From: Rhizodiscina lignyota
Lineage: Eukaryota
Direction of reading: 5' to 3'
Length of the DNA stretch: 64,000 bases
Assembly: GCA_010015805.1 (NCBI GenBank)
Contig: ML978138.1
Location: 124,001 to 188,000, forward strand
This document shows, piece by piece, positions 27,748 through 40,417 of the stretch. Position numbers and translations under genes: made by a program. Numbering within the stretch: the first letter of the stretch is position 1; each line of letters opens with the position of its first letter. The notes beneath the pieces were generated by a model that saw only the letters and a program-made list of their open reading frames with translations, was not told where the DNA came from and ran no database searches.

Positions 27748-29916
27748 ATGGCAACAGACATGCAGGCTCCGCATCCTCAGCCTTCTCGTTATGTTCGAGT
27801 TCCAGCAAATGCATTTCCAGATCATGGCTTCATTACTCATGGCGTTCATTGGCAGGCTCCAGTCATGATGGTATGTTCGCTTTTAGCGGGAATTGGTTTT
27901 GCTATTGGGCATCATTTCTTTTATCAATCGCTCCACCACGTCCCTACTAGCGATGCCAGTGAGTACAACGAGATCTCACATATTTCCGACCCACGTTTCT
28001 AATATTCGAAAGCCTTTGAGCAGCAGGTCAATACCGCTATCGGAACTGCCTTCGCCTTCATAGTCAGGATGTTCTTTGTCCTTTCCATTTCGATGGCGTA
28101 CTGGCAGCTTTTCTGGCATGATGTGAAGGCCAAAGCAACCCAACTCTCAATCATCGATTCGGTTTCTTCAATTTTGGATAACATTTTCGAATTTATGAGT
28201 ATTCGGACTCTCAGAAAGTTTCCTTTGTTAGTATTAGTCGCTGCATTAGTATGGTAAGATGCAGGAATGCCAACACTGATGGTACACTGGCTAATTTATA
28301 TCATGAACAGGCTGATTCCGATTGCAGCCATACCTCCACCAGCGTCGCTCACAGTAGAACTATCGCCTATTCCTGGTATAGCAGTGAATGACAGTTCCAA
28401 CGCTGTCATGCCAATTCCGAACTTTGGTACGACTGAGTTTGCTCAGATCAAAACAGTCACCACCGATCCCAGATTCGACTACAATGCGTATCAAGCGCCG
28501 CGTTATGGGATCCAAAGAATCGCAACCACAGTAGCTAGTCTGGGTTCCATATTGAGTTTGTCAGCGCCAACGCCGAATTCCTCATACGCTCTGGAGTTCC
28601 TTGGTCCGGCTCTGCAGTGCGCTCCAGTCGCCGGTAGCATTCGTGACGACATTTTGAAAGACATCTCTATATTGCTGGGCTGCAACGTCACGGTAATAGG
28701 AACTGCCACCGGGTCAGGGAACAGTACCGCGGCACACCAGGGATGCGATACAGCAACGTTTTATTTCGCCTGGGCTCCAAATGCGACAGATATAGTAGGA
28801 CTGTACAACGAACATGCCACAGGCCCCGGTGGAAAATCCAACTTCTCGAATACTATTGGACAGTTCGGTTCAAAACCTGGCGAGCAGCCTACGTCGCTGT
28901 TCGTTGCCACGCAGCCTGTTACAAACGCCTTTGTCAGCTCTTCTCAGATTCTCAAGCCGTGGGATATCATAAACTGCGCTCTTCACAATGCATCTTATTC
29001 CGCAGTAGCAAATTTTACGGATGGTGTACAGGATATTCATGTAACTCGTAAACTTACCAATCCGGTTGGTTTCCAACCCATATTCGATGTCTATGGAGGC
29101 CAAACTGCGCAATCTGCAATCGTGAGCACACCGGATCCTTTCACCGGGGACCCTGCCGTTATGAAATCTGACTGAGTTCACTATGCCTACTATTCACTTA
29201 TGGACGCGCTCGGCACGATTCTCGTAGGCCAAATTGATACCTCGCTCTTTCTGGGCCCGGCAGGTACCTCTTCAGACGTTGGCGATTTGAACGTCGAGAC
29301 CATTCATACATCAGTCATGACGACTAGCTTGGTCAACTCCGACGAGCTGAATCCCATTTTCGAATTTTTGGAGACCTGTACCAATGGCCGGAGCTCATGT
29401 CCATACTATGAAACGAACGGTTCTCTGGGCATTACGCCGCCAGCGACTCAGGCTCCTCTGTCCCAGGCAATCGAGCAGCTCTTCCAAAACATTACTGTGT
29501 CTCTTCTCAGCAACAGCCGTTTCCTTACACCTCCCGCTTCTTCCCCACCCACTACCATCACCATGTTCTTCCCCCAGAATTGGTACGTCTACACTTGGTG
29601 GCGCCTCGTTGCACCGTACGCTGTTGCACTACTATTCAACCTGATCGGCTGCGCACTTGGGCTCCGGGCACTGCATGAGAGTCGTGCGTCTTACTCGCAG
29701 CGCTTTTCCACTGTGCTGCGTGTGGCAAGGAGCGCAAGGCTGGACGGTGAATATCCATCCCAGGAAGAACGGGAACGAGCGAAAGCTACAGGGAAAGTAG
29801 GAGCGGACCCACTGCCCAAAGAAATGGAGAATGCGGAAGTGTGGCTTGACGAGAATATGGAAACGGAAGAGGTTGGTTTTAACGTCATTAATGTCAAGCG
29901 TAGATCGAGCAACTGA
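27748..29916 (+). pseudogene. Fungal multi-pass membrane glycoprotein gene interrupted by one in-frame TGA (29173-29175)
   Basis: Exons 27748-27958, 28013-28253, 28311-29916. Family-typical GHHFFYQSL, QQVNTAIGTAFAF, PNSSY.LEF.GP.LQC, IEQLFQNITVSL, SYSQRFST.LR; the ORFs either side of the TGA are in the same frame. Confidence 0.75.
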
Positions 29917-29986
29917 TAAGTCGCCTCCATGGTGACAAAATGGAGTACGTCGCTATCGCATTTACTATCAGCAATTATCTGTACAT

Positions 29987-30901
29987 TCAGGCGTCCACAA
30001 ACTCGAACAGCGTCTTCCAGAATTCCTCGGTAGCTTCGTGCCACGGCATATGCCCCGAATTCTTCATCACCACGAGCTTACTTCCCGAGATAAGCTCATG
30101 AATCTTGTTGGCCCAGAGCTCTGTGCAAACAGGATCTTCATCACACAGCACAATCAACGTCTTAGCCTTCACGGCGCCCAAATCCGGCATCGGGGTAGCA
30201 TCGTCAATCTTCTTCTGCGACTTCCACGCCCACAAAGACACATTGCCATTCGCAACATTCTCCTTCCACTCCTTCGATGCGGCGCATTCCGGATCCGCAA
30301 AGTAAAACGGCATCAGCTGCGCCAGTCCAGCTGTGAGTTCTGCGTCAGTCGTCGCGGCGTACGCCTTCGCCATTCCTGGAATGGCCTCTTTGTACACTGG
30401 ATGGTCTTTGCGCGCTTCCAAGAACTTCTTTCGAACATCGTCGCTCGTCGTAAAACCAATGAGCTGAGCGCAGAGCAGCAAAAGCTTCTCCACGCGCGTC
30501 GGATACTTAACTGCGTACGCCTGGACGACCGCCGCGCCGTTAGAATGCCCCATGAGAGTCATCTTCTCTAGTTTCAAAAAGATTCGGAGAGCCTCGAGGT
30601 CCTCCGCCATCGTTGCGGAGCCCATTTTCGATGCATCGGGGATGGCGGATGGTGGTGTTCCTCGTGAGTTAATGGCGAGAAAGGTGTACTTCTCAGTTAA
30701 GGGAGTGAAGTATTTCTTCAGATACTCATATCCTACACCCCATCCTGGAGAGTGTGCGATTACCAGAGGGCCGGATCCAGATATCCAACACACCAGTTCA
30801 ACGCCTTCATACCCCTTGAACTTGTGCTCTTGGGGAGGTATTCTTGTGCCAGAGATGGCTTTTTGGACGAGTTCAGGCCCGAATTCTTCTGTGGCAGACA
30901 T
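29987..30901 (-). CDS. Alpha/beta hydrolase (proline iminopeptidase-like)
   Basis: Intronless; HSPGWG oxyanion region, GHSNG nucleophile, DED acid, SGHMPWHE His motif; ATG at 30901. Confidence 0.85.
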   Translation of the reverse strand: MSATEEFGPELVQKAISGTRIPPQEHKFKGYEGVELVCWISGSGPLVIAHSPGWGVGYEYLKKYFTPLTEKYTFLAINSRGTPPSAIPDASKMGSATMAEDLEALRIFLKLEKMTLMGHSNGAAVVQAYAVKYPTRVEKLLLLCAQLIGFTTSDDVRKKFLEARKDHPVYKEAIPGMAKAYAATTDAELTAGLAQLMPFYFADPECAASKEWKENVANGNVSLWAWKSQKKIDDATPMPDLGAVKAKTLIVLCDEDPVCTELWANKIHELISGSKLVVMKNSGHMPWHEATEEFWKTLFEFVDA

Positions 30902-31589
30902 ATTGAAGAGATATTCCGTACTCCTTAAATTTTTTGAAACGAAATTGTAGTAAATGAGCGGTAAACCATCAGTCTTACCTTTGTATACCAAGGCCAAGCG
31001 CCAAGGGAGCAGATCTTATGAGCCTCCTCACCCCCAATTGAGAAGGACCGGAGATAAATCTCGTTTAATTATACGCAAATCGGTCTTAAACTTTTTCTTG
31101 AAGCATCCGAAACCCACACATTTCAGGGTCTGAGGAATGCTATTTGATGCGTATGCGGGCGCCGGTCGGAAACATGGTTGATGCTTATCCTCCGGCCGCT
31201 TTTCCAGATTCCCAATCCGGTTGCAGTGTCAGCATTGGAAATACTGCAAAATGACCTCGTAAAGATGCCGTGGAATAGACGATTGCAGTGAGCAAAGCCT
31301 CAAAGTGATATCAAAAAATGCTGCAAGAGGAAATGGTTGGACGACCTTCCCACGGAGATCAGCGGTACTCCGTAGATGTAGTTCGAAGAGAAAAGTGAGA
31401 CACGAGAAAGGAACATTGAACACCAATTGCAATGTAGCGATCTTAATGATCTATGATTGAGTGTTTTTACTAGACTCTCTCTTTATCGGACTTTTCCCAC
31501 GCGAATCTGTAATCGCACAGACCGCGGTCCAATGATATCTCGCAAGCCACAAACACCATTCGCTATGCAATAAGAGCCGAAAAGGCCGG

Positions 31590-33092
31590 TCACATGACAT
31601 TCTCAAACTCGTCGTCATCTTCATCTGACTCTTCTCCAGCCTTGCTGTCGGGCGCTGCCGGTTGCTGAAGATCCTTTCCTTCCACCTTCACATTCATAGC
31701 AGGATTTGCGTTGTTCTCTAGCCTCGGTTTCTTAGACGCTGGGGAATCGCCGTTCGTTTCAGAAAGAGGTCTCTTTGTACTATTTGCAGTTGGCACATCC
31801 TCGAACTCGTCGTCGTCCTCGTCAGACTCCTTCGGTGTGTCGGTTGCCGCGGCGGTTTGAGCGATGTTGGTCTTTGGCAGAGATGGGACATTCCCGCCGA
31901 AGTTGCCATCTTGCTGTTCTTCCTTCACATTTGCCGCTTTCTGTGCTGGCGGTGGCGTCGATACGGCGCCGTTTGTGTTCTCTACTTTGACTAGAGGCGT
32001 GCCGTTAGCTCCGGTAATTGCAACGTCCTCAAACTCATCATCATCATCCTCTTCGTCTTCTTCGTCCTCCTCTTCTTGTTGCTTCCTTTCCTTCTCTAAC
32101 CTTTCTTTCTCAAGCATCGCATAGAATATGTCCATCTGTTCAGAGTCTTCGACCTTCTTCTCCTCCTTCTCCTCCCCATTCACAGCAACTGGTGCAGCAA
32201 CACGACTAGCAGCACCATCAGCTTTGTTCTTGATGAATTCACCAGTGACCGTGCTGCGCTCGTGCCATTCTGGTAGTTGGTTTTGTGCCGCAATCTTCTG
32301 TCTCCGCTCTGCTTCTTCGGCTGCCTTCGCTGCTGTGCTCTCCGACTCCGATGTGATAGAGACCCTGATCTCCTCTGGCCCAGTAGCTTGACCTTTTACA
32401 GCCGTGGGTCTCGACACCTGTGAAGGAGCGACTTGTACTTTGGGTGCAGGATTGAGTTCGCTTCTCGGCATCGGTCGCGCATTTGCCAGGGCTTGTTCAC
32501 CAGTTGACTCCGGTACAGTGACATCGTCAATTTTCTGCAGAAGGTTGAGGATAGGGCCAAACTGCTTGTTGAAGAGGGCTGTGGTGTCATCCTGCTCGAC
32601 AATTTCGTCGCCGAGCTCTGAGAGAGTGTTGCCACACTTTCTGCAAAGGAACCGGCCGTCTTGGTCGGTGAGATCCAAAACTTCCATCATTGTGTATTGT
32701 GACTTGCATCGCATACAATGCCATTCTTTCTTCTCTTCCTGCCCGGTGGATGAGGACGCCGCCTTGATCTTCTCGTGGATGACATGGACTTTCCACTTGA
32801 TGGAATCGATGGCACGTCGATAATCGATGTAATAGTAGTCTCGGGCTTGGGGTTTTGTAGCGCCGTCGCGTGTCTCTTGACGAGTATAGACTGAGACAAG
32901 GCCGCCTTCTCTAAGCTTCCCGATCAGCCGTTGGATGATCTTGTTTGAATTCGATGGGCTAAGGAGCATCGCGATGGATAAGTCGGCCGATGAGAGAGCT
33001 GAATGCATAACCAACGCATCGACGACAATAACATGTTCGGTGTCGTAGAAGGCGCGGGCGACGGTGCGCACGAGGACTTTCGCTAACTCCAT
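31590..33092 (-). CDS. TFA1: Transcription initiation factor IIE alpha subunit
   Basis: MELAKVLVRTVARAFY winged helix, YYYIDY..AIDSIKWK, Zn ribbon CMRC..CRKC, QNQLPEWH..STV, repeated DDEFEDV acidic tail. Confidence 0.93.
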   Translation of the reverse strand: MELAKVLVRTVARAFYDTEHVIVVDALVMHSALSSADLSIAMLLSPSNSNKIIQRLIGKLREGGLVSVYTRQETRDGATKPQARDYYYIDYRRAIDSIKWKVHVIHEKIKAASSSTGQEEKKEWHCMRCKSQYTMMEVLDLTDQDGRFLCRKCGNTLSELGDEIVEQDDTTALFNKQFGPILNLLQKIDDVTVPESTGEQALANARPMPRSELNPAPKVQVAPSQVSRPTAVKGQATGPEEIRVSITSESESTAAKAAEEAERRQKIAAQNQLPEWHERSTVTGEFIKNKADGAASRVAAPVAVNGEEKEEKKVEDSEQMDIFYAMLEKERLEKERKQQEEEDEEDEEDDDDEFEDVAITGANGTPLVKVENTNGAVSTPPPAQKAANVKEEQQDGNFGGNVPSLPKTNIAQTAAATDTPKESDEDDDEFEDVPTANSTKRPLSETNGDSPASKKPRLENNANPAMNVKVEGKDLQQPAAPDSKAGEESDEDDDEFENVM

Positions 33093-33477
33093 GGTAAGTG
33101 TATTATGTGAATTGAATGGGAGATGGGCTACTTTCGTAACTTGAAATCTGGAAGTTTTGTCTCCATTTCTGTGTCGGAGGGCAGAGAGACTTAAATACTG
33201 GAACAGTTGAGAAGTTGATGCGCCGTTTAAAGTACTTGTTGATGGACAAGAAAGTGAACAATCGCGACGCTCGTTAATCAAAGGCCAGGCGGGCGGCTCC
33301 CTCTAGCGGCATTCGCCGTTGAGCCTTATGGTAGCTACCCCTGCTAGCTCCGGCAGTAAGCGAGTCGCAAATCAACCTTTTCATCTCGAGTCTTCGACCG
33401 CGAGAAGCTTCGACTTCAATGCCCTGCAGAGCCTCGTTTGGAGGCTGGACTTCTGCGACAAGAACACTATCAGCCCA

Positions 33478-35607
33478 ATGGAGAACGGCGGCCAGGGCAA
33501 CAAGAGGGGCGGCCATAGCGGCGGCGGGAAGCCAAAGCAGAGGGGCAAGCACTTCGGTCCTAGTGGACGCCAGAATCACGGCAGAGGAAATAAGAGGAAG
33601 GATATGGGCCGTCAGGAATATTTGTATGTTGAATCTTTCATTTATTGCCTTCGAAATGCAGATTCATTTGGTGTTACTCGTTCTCTTCAACTACGAAAAC
33701 CATCTAATTAATGCAGTCGCAATCTCCCAGACAAACGTGAGCGCAACGCCGAAGGGAATAAGCGACGTAAGCTCGAAGGTGGCTCTCATGAGGCCAGCGA
33801 ACCCTCTGGTCAATTCACCAAAGAAGAAATCGAAGCCGAGGACCGAAGACCGAAGCGTAAAGTTGCAGTGATGATTGGGTACTCTGGCTCCGGCTACAAG
33901 GGAATGCAAATAATTCCAGATCAGAAGACGATCGAAGGTGATCTGTTTCAGGCATTTATTGCCGCAGGTGCCATATCCAAGGCCAATGCTGCCGATCCCA
34001 AGAAGTCGTCTCTGGTGCGATGTGCGAGAACGGACAAGGGAGTGCACGCAGCTGGCAATGTCGTATCGTTGAAATTGATCATCGAAGATGAGGATGTCGT
34101 GCAGAAGATCAATTCACACTTGCCTGGACAAATCCGGGTATGGGGAATTGAGCGGACGATTGGCAGCTTCAGCTGTTACCAGGCCTGCGATTCGCGATGG
34201 TACGAATACCTGATACCGACACATTGCTTCCTACCTCCTCATCCGAGCAGCTATCTGGGGAAGAGAGTTGCTGAACTAGCGCAAGAATCAGGTGATATGG
34301 AAGGATATCAAGAGCGCCAAAAAGACGTTCAGGGATGGTGGGCGGAGGCCGAGCAGAAATACATCAAGCCCGTCTTAGACGACATCGATCAAGACCTAAG
34401 GGAAAAGGTAGAACAGGCCATGTATCGAACTGAGTCTGCTGAAGTAGAGGTGGCTGAACAGGTCTGGGACGAAAGTGATGGGGAGAACGACGAAGAGGAA
34501 GATGCGCATGCTCCCCACGCAACAGAGAAACCCGCTGGATCCGAATCTCTTGAAGACACTAAAGCGGACACCATACCAGAACCCACTACAACCGATCCTA
34601 GCGATTTACCATCTCCAGAAAGTAATGAGATAGCTAAAGAGAAGCCTGCAACCAATGAGAGTGCAACCATTTTTCAGGATGAGGCTGCCGGCGCATCTGG
34701 GAATGTAACCGCAGATGACAACCGCGAGTTCCGAATAAAGCTAGATGCGGCGATCAAGCGCGTGAAAGCTGCCTACATCGCGGCCAAAGAATCATATCGC
34801 CTCTCACCTGAACGTCTCTCGAAAGTCAATGACACCCTTTCCAAGTACCGCGGCACATTCAACTTCCACAATTATACCGTTCGAAAGGCACCAAACGATC
34901 CAAGTGCGAAAAGACACATCAAGTCCTTCATTTCCACTACGTCTCCATCCAGTAAATCTGAGACTGGCACCTTCGAGATTGGAGGGACCGAGTGGTTGAG
35001 CATAAAAGTGCACGGACAAAGCTTCATGATGCATCAGATTCGTAAGATGGTGGGTATGGCGGCGCTCGTAGTCCGCTGCGGCTGCCCACCCGAGCGAATC
35101 ACCGAAACTCTGGATAGCGATGTTATTATTGCAATCCCCAAGGCACCTGGATTGGGTCTACTCCTTGAGCGGCCAGTATTCGACACGTACAATAGCCAGA
35201 GAGCTGCCAAGTTTGAACGCGAACCGATCACGTTTGACAAGTATGAGAAGGAAATGGGCGAATTCAAAGAGCGTGAGATTTATCAGAGGATCTATGGTGA
35301 AGAGGACAAGGATCATGTTTTCCACACGTTCTTCTCTCAGATTGACAACTTCAAGAATCCAGCCTTCTTGTACTTGTCATCGAAGGGATTCGACGCTGTG
35401 CCTCGTGGCGCGCGGGAGGTGACGAAGAAGCCGGTGGAGAGAGGAAACAGGAACATCTTCAGGAAGAGGGTCGAGAAAGGAAAGCATCGTTCCGTGTCGC
35501 CGTCACTTCAAAGCGGTAATGTGCCCGAAAGCGGAGAGCCTGCGGGTGAGAAAGAAGGACGAGTTCGAGATGACGATCAATCGGGAGTGCGCGAAGACGC
35601 TAAGTGA
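33478..35607 (+). CDS. PUS1: tRNA pseudouridine synthase 1 (TruA family)
   Basis: Exons 33478-33623 and 33717-35607 (possible upstream in-frame ATG at 33328). PKRKVAVMIGYSGSGYKGMQ, ARTDKGVHA (catalytic D), NFHNYT, GQSFMMHQIRKMVG. Confidence 0.93.
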
Positions 35608-35847
35608 CAGCGTTAATAAATATTTGAAGAATCCCTACAAGGGATCTACCTGGTTGTCCTGATGGATTCTCTCGTGCGGTGTTGCAAGTGAAGTGAGTCG
35701 GCGTGTGACTCTGGCGGGAAGAGCAGCGCGTCAAGTGAGAACAACAACGCCAAGACCTGTGGCGTCAAAAACACCCAACTTCTTATATATACTTCTTTTC
35801 CTTCGTGTTCTCCCACTCTTTGTCCTTCAGCTTTCTTCACAAGCGCC

Positions 35848-36831
35848 ATGGATACCAACACTGAGGCCCGCCCTTCGCTCTTGACGCTTCCACTCGATAT
35901 TCGCAATGCTATTTACGAAAGAACATGCTATCGCAGCTCTCGCCGCAGTCCCAGAGACTGGATTTGGGGAAACCTCGCATGGAATCTTCTTGTTGAAGTC
36001 AGTGCTTCATTTCCCAAGTTCTGAACATCACAAAGCCTCGAAAGTTTTCAAACCCCCCTTTGCAACTGACTCCTCTGAATATCTACTCCTCTTATTCGAA
36101 ACGTCTTACTAAATTAGTTAAATATCAAGCCGCACAATGGTGCACCGACCGGAGCAATAGGCCAGCAGGTCAGCCGCGCCGTCGCCTCGTCTCCGCGCGA
36201 CGTTCCGAAGAAGGCTCTCAAGATCCTTTCCGGCTTCGCCGTCTTCAAAGGCCTTCCAGACCTCGTTCTGCTGCAAGTCAACGGTCAGATCCGACAAGAG
36301 GTGTTGCAGTTCATTTCTGAGAAGACAACGATCATCATGTTCTCCTCGGACATCAAGCCCAATCAAGCCGATATGAGCAACATCCGCATCCCGCCGCTCT
36401 TCCGCACCCTCCTCACAACCCCGACTATCCTCGACATTCGCAGCGACCGCACGGTGTCATATGAGCAGTACACCTCCGCCTACTTCGGACCGAAGGACGA
36501 GATGCTGCTTCTCCTACCAGAGTACACGCACAACACGAAGCTCATCTCGCTGAGATTCTACCTCCCAGAGAAGTTAGACTACCGTGTTAAGGAAAAGGCC
36601 AGGCAGTACGATGACTATCCGGGCCCACTGCAGACTCTGCAGTGGTTCTTCCAGAAGGTGAAGAGCCTGGAGCTGCTGCGTGTGGTGATGATCTCACACA
36701 ATGAGATCATCTGCGATAAGGTCTGGGCCCGCGATGGGCTTGATGTCGAGCAGGCGGCGGAGAAGATGAAGGATGTCTTTGGGGTGTACAAGGGAGAGGT
36801 GAGGAGTGTGGGCGAGATCTTCGATTCTTAG
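35848..36831 (+). CDS. Fungal F-box-like protein (N-terminus absent from ORF track)
   Basis: ATG 35848: MDTNTEARPSLLTLPLDIRNAIY (F-box-like); proposed intron 35998-36117 (GTCAGT..TAG, phase 0); exon 2 has LLQVNGQIRQE, typical of this class. Confidence 0.65.
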
Positions 36832-38860
36832 GCAGGAGGGTTGGAGAGGAATGAATGAGCACGGAGTTATAACAAGCAGCAGAAACTGAATGTCAAATAC
36901 AGACTGTGACCGGCTATGCTGTGCAATCTTGATCAATACACTCTAACGTGAATTCAATCGAGACTTCAGAGATCGTCACGATTACCTTGAAGTGCAAGAA
37001 CTGCTCACGGTCACCCTTACGCGTTACAACTTGCTTGTCGGGGCCAAATTCTGTCGCCCTATAGTGTACTTGATATTACAGTGTTGCGATTGAATCTATA
37101 ACCATGCTTGAGAATATGGGCGAAAGAGAGTAAGTTATCACCAAGCGGTAAAGTCTCTACACTAAATACAGACTGCGAGCCTTTGCAAGGCCCTGAAAAC
37201 TGATAGGCTCTCAACGATTCTTCAGGGCCTTTGACCATCAAAATCACAGATTCTTAGATCATACGCTCGTCGGATCATCCGGGGCTCATTTTCACCTCTG
37301 CACATACCCACAATCGCGGCTATTAGCGTCTCCGATAATCCCAGAATGATGTTGCAGGCGCGCTTATATCGAGAATGTGACGAGTCAAAGCCTCCTTATC
37401 TGGATATTCTGCTTTTAGATAATCAATATAAGACTCGTGAGCGTCGGGCGAGGTTGGATCCCCTTGAACGGATGCAGAAGCACTGGGCATTGGGATGCTG
37501 AATGGTTTGTAATGTGGGTGATAGACAAACTTCAGTGGCTAACAGCATACAGTATCGAGCTTGCAACTCAGAAAAGTCGTTTTGTTCTTGCAATACTGAG
37601 AGGATATTGTGCTGGAATATCGGTCGTACCGTTCCAGGACGGCAGGTAGAATAGCAGAACATAGAGATAGAGTGCTCACAAAGCCAAAAGAGTAAAATGA
37701 GGACCGTGAATGAGACCGAGGAAGGTGGAGTAGCAGCGGAGCTACTCGAGCCTGGCGGTTGCAAAGAAGTTTTAGGCTTGCCTTACATGCGCCACCTTCA
37801 GCCCCGCTCTGCAACCTCCCATGCCATTGTCTATGAACAGTTACTTTAACAGTCTCCGAAAGGTTAAGAAGATGTCGACGCGACGTTCAAGGTGCGCTAG
37901 ACCATTTTTCGACATTAGTGCCCCCGCAAGTGGGTGACGAAAAGCTGAGTCGTAGCCAAAACACTCCGTATGTCGAACCGCGAGGATATATCCTCGTTAG
38001 TTAATACGGATCATATACACCAAGGCTGCTTATTTAAGATAAATACTGTCCGACGTATATTTAATCGAGCTGAAGAACAAATCCCGTTCTTACTGCAGGC
38101 CTGGCAGCAGGGGCAGTCGTATTCTGTCCCCTTCGCCCAGACACTAGACCTTTTAAGGCTTAGGATATCGATCCTGAGAGATCACCAGATCTTCTTCAAA
38201 CCAAGTCGGGTTTTGGAAAAGCTCTCGAACATATATTTGCTCTTCGTCGGGCTAGCCATGATGCGAAGCACTCGTCTGGCCTTTCATCAGATGCCCGAGG
38301 TTGATATGAGCCTCGGCTCTTTGAGCAGCTGCTTTTCCACCCCACACTTGATTGCTTCAATTTAAGGTCTCACATAAGCGATGAAGCAAATGAGGCTATT
38401 CTCAATCTGCAGCTCACTTCGCAACAATTTCCGTTCCATGGCTTGGGTCATATTACATAGCCACTCGATAGCCTAACTCATCAAGTGAAATCGTATAATG
38501 TCGGCGACCAACAGTGGAAGAGTGGATATTCGTTCGGTTGGAATCCGCCTTCAAGAAGTAAGCCTGAATGCCGATACCACCAAGTCCACGGCGAGAAGAC
38601 ATGCCGAAAGGTTCATATCACGCAGGCGGGTGGTCGGCCGCTCGCGAATGCGGACTTTGCACGCGCACCGGTCCGTAACGGCTTTGGTGTGGTCAAAGCT
38701 TTTGCATACCTCTGTCTTATTTCGGTATTTACTCTTAAGTCTTGACAGTTGAGCCACTTCTCTTTAGATATCTGTGGTTTTCTCCATTCTGAACTGGCAT
38801 CCAGCACCCGTCGTCCCTTCTTGTAGTCTTGGCGAAAGTCAAACGTGTTGGGATAGAGCA

Positions 38861-40052
38861 ATGGCGATACCTGAAATCCAGAAGGCCGCCGTCAAGACTG
38901 GCAAAGGTCCCGAGTCGAAAGTCGAAGTCAAGGAAATTCCAGTTCCAAAGATTGGACCAGGCCAGATTCTCGTCAAAGTTAATTATAGCGGCCTATGTGG
39001 AACCGACAAGAGCTTCTACCGCGATGAGTGGGCAGCCTGGGGCGGCGTTATGCGCGAATCGGCTTTCGGAGTAGCCGGCCACGAAGGTGCTGGAGTCGTG
39101 GTTGCCGTTGCGGACGACGTGAAAGGCCTTTGGAATGTGGGTGACCGAGCGGGCGTCAAGTTTCTTGCCAGCATCTGCCGCAACTGCGAGTTTTGTCAGT
39201 CTGGAGATGAGATCTTCTGCGTCAAGGGAAAGAAGAGCAGTCTCACGGAACCAGGAACGTTTCAGGAATATGTTGCGACGGATGCCTATTATGCCAGCCG
39301 TATCCCCGATGGTGTCAAGGATGAAGAAGCAGGACCCGTCATGTGTGGAGGCCTAACGGCTTATATGGCTTGTAGGCGAAGTAATGTGAGACCAGGCCAG
39401 TGGCTGGTACTTCCCGGAGCAGGCGGTGGCCTTGGTCATTTTGGCGTCCAGTATGCAAAGGCTCTGGGCATGAGAGTCATTGCTATTGATGGCGGCGATG
39501 CGAAGAAAGAGCTGTGTCTGAAGCTTGGTGCCGAGCACTTCATTGATTTCACAACCGTGCGTCTCCTGGGTATTTCAGAAAATTAGCGGATCACGTTTTG
39601 CTCATCTCTATAACAGACTCACGATATCCCGACTGAGATCAAGAAGATTACGACTTACGGTGCACACGGTGTCGTGGTCACAGCGGCTAGCAAAGCTGGC
39701 TACGAGACTGCTCCGAATTTCCTGCGCCAGGGAGGGACCATGGTATGACTTCCTCAAGCGGTGTCAAAATATTATTGTTGAGCTGACATATAGCTAGGTT
39801 TGTGTAGGAATACCAAATGACCTAACAATCCGATCAGCTCCTCCGCCACTCGTTGTGGTAACGCGTAAACTGAACATTGTTGGAACCTACGTGGGCAACA
39901 ATAGCGATGTACAAGAGGCGCTGGATTTTGTTGCTCGCGGCCTTGTCAAACCCCTTCTAACAGTTGGCGAGTTTAAAGACTTGGACCGTTTCATGGATGA
40001 CATGGAAACTGGGAAAATGATCGGCCGGGCAGTCATAAAGATAGGTGCATAG
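38861..40052 (+). CDS. Zinc-dependent alcohol dehydrogenase (MDR family)
   Basis: Exons 38861-39556, 39617-39742, 39798-40052. GLCGTD, GHEGAG, CRNCEFC..C structural Zn, GAGGGLG. Confidence 0.92.
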
Positions 40053-40417
40053 TCCATAATATATCACTTGGCATTACTTGACAGGATTTTCTAGCTCATG
40101 CTCCTGTCCTCGCTCTCAACAGCCGGATCTGAGCTTTATGTCAGTACACACTTCTAAAAGCTCAAATAACGCGCTGATTGTCCCGGAAAGAAATATTTCC
40201 ATACAGATGCGTATTATAAACTGCAGGGATTTCGCAAACCTCATTAAAAAGTCTCTACAGCTAGTCAACACCGGGTTTTGTCCTTGACCTGATTGTGCAG
40301 CTCAACATAATCGTTAATATTACACTCCTTGTCTTCCACCAGTAATACCACTGTGTCCAAGGTTAGAAGAACGTATTTCGGCCTCTTGGGTTAATAATTG
40401 GCTAACTAGTTGTCTGT

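Noticed and set aside
29173..29175. Selenocysteine interpretation of the in-frame TGA
   Set aside because: Ascomycetes are not known to have Sec machinery, there is no redox motif context, and I saw no SECIS in the ~70-nt 3' gap.
38240..38292. CTGATGA on minus strand as a hammerhead core
   Set aside because: No properly placed GAAA or stems I/III.
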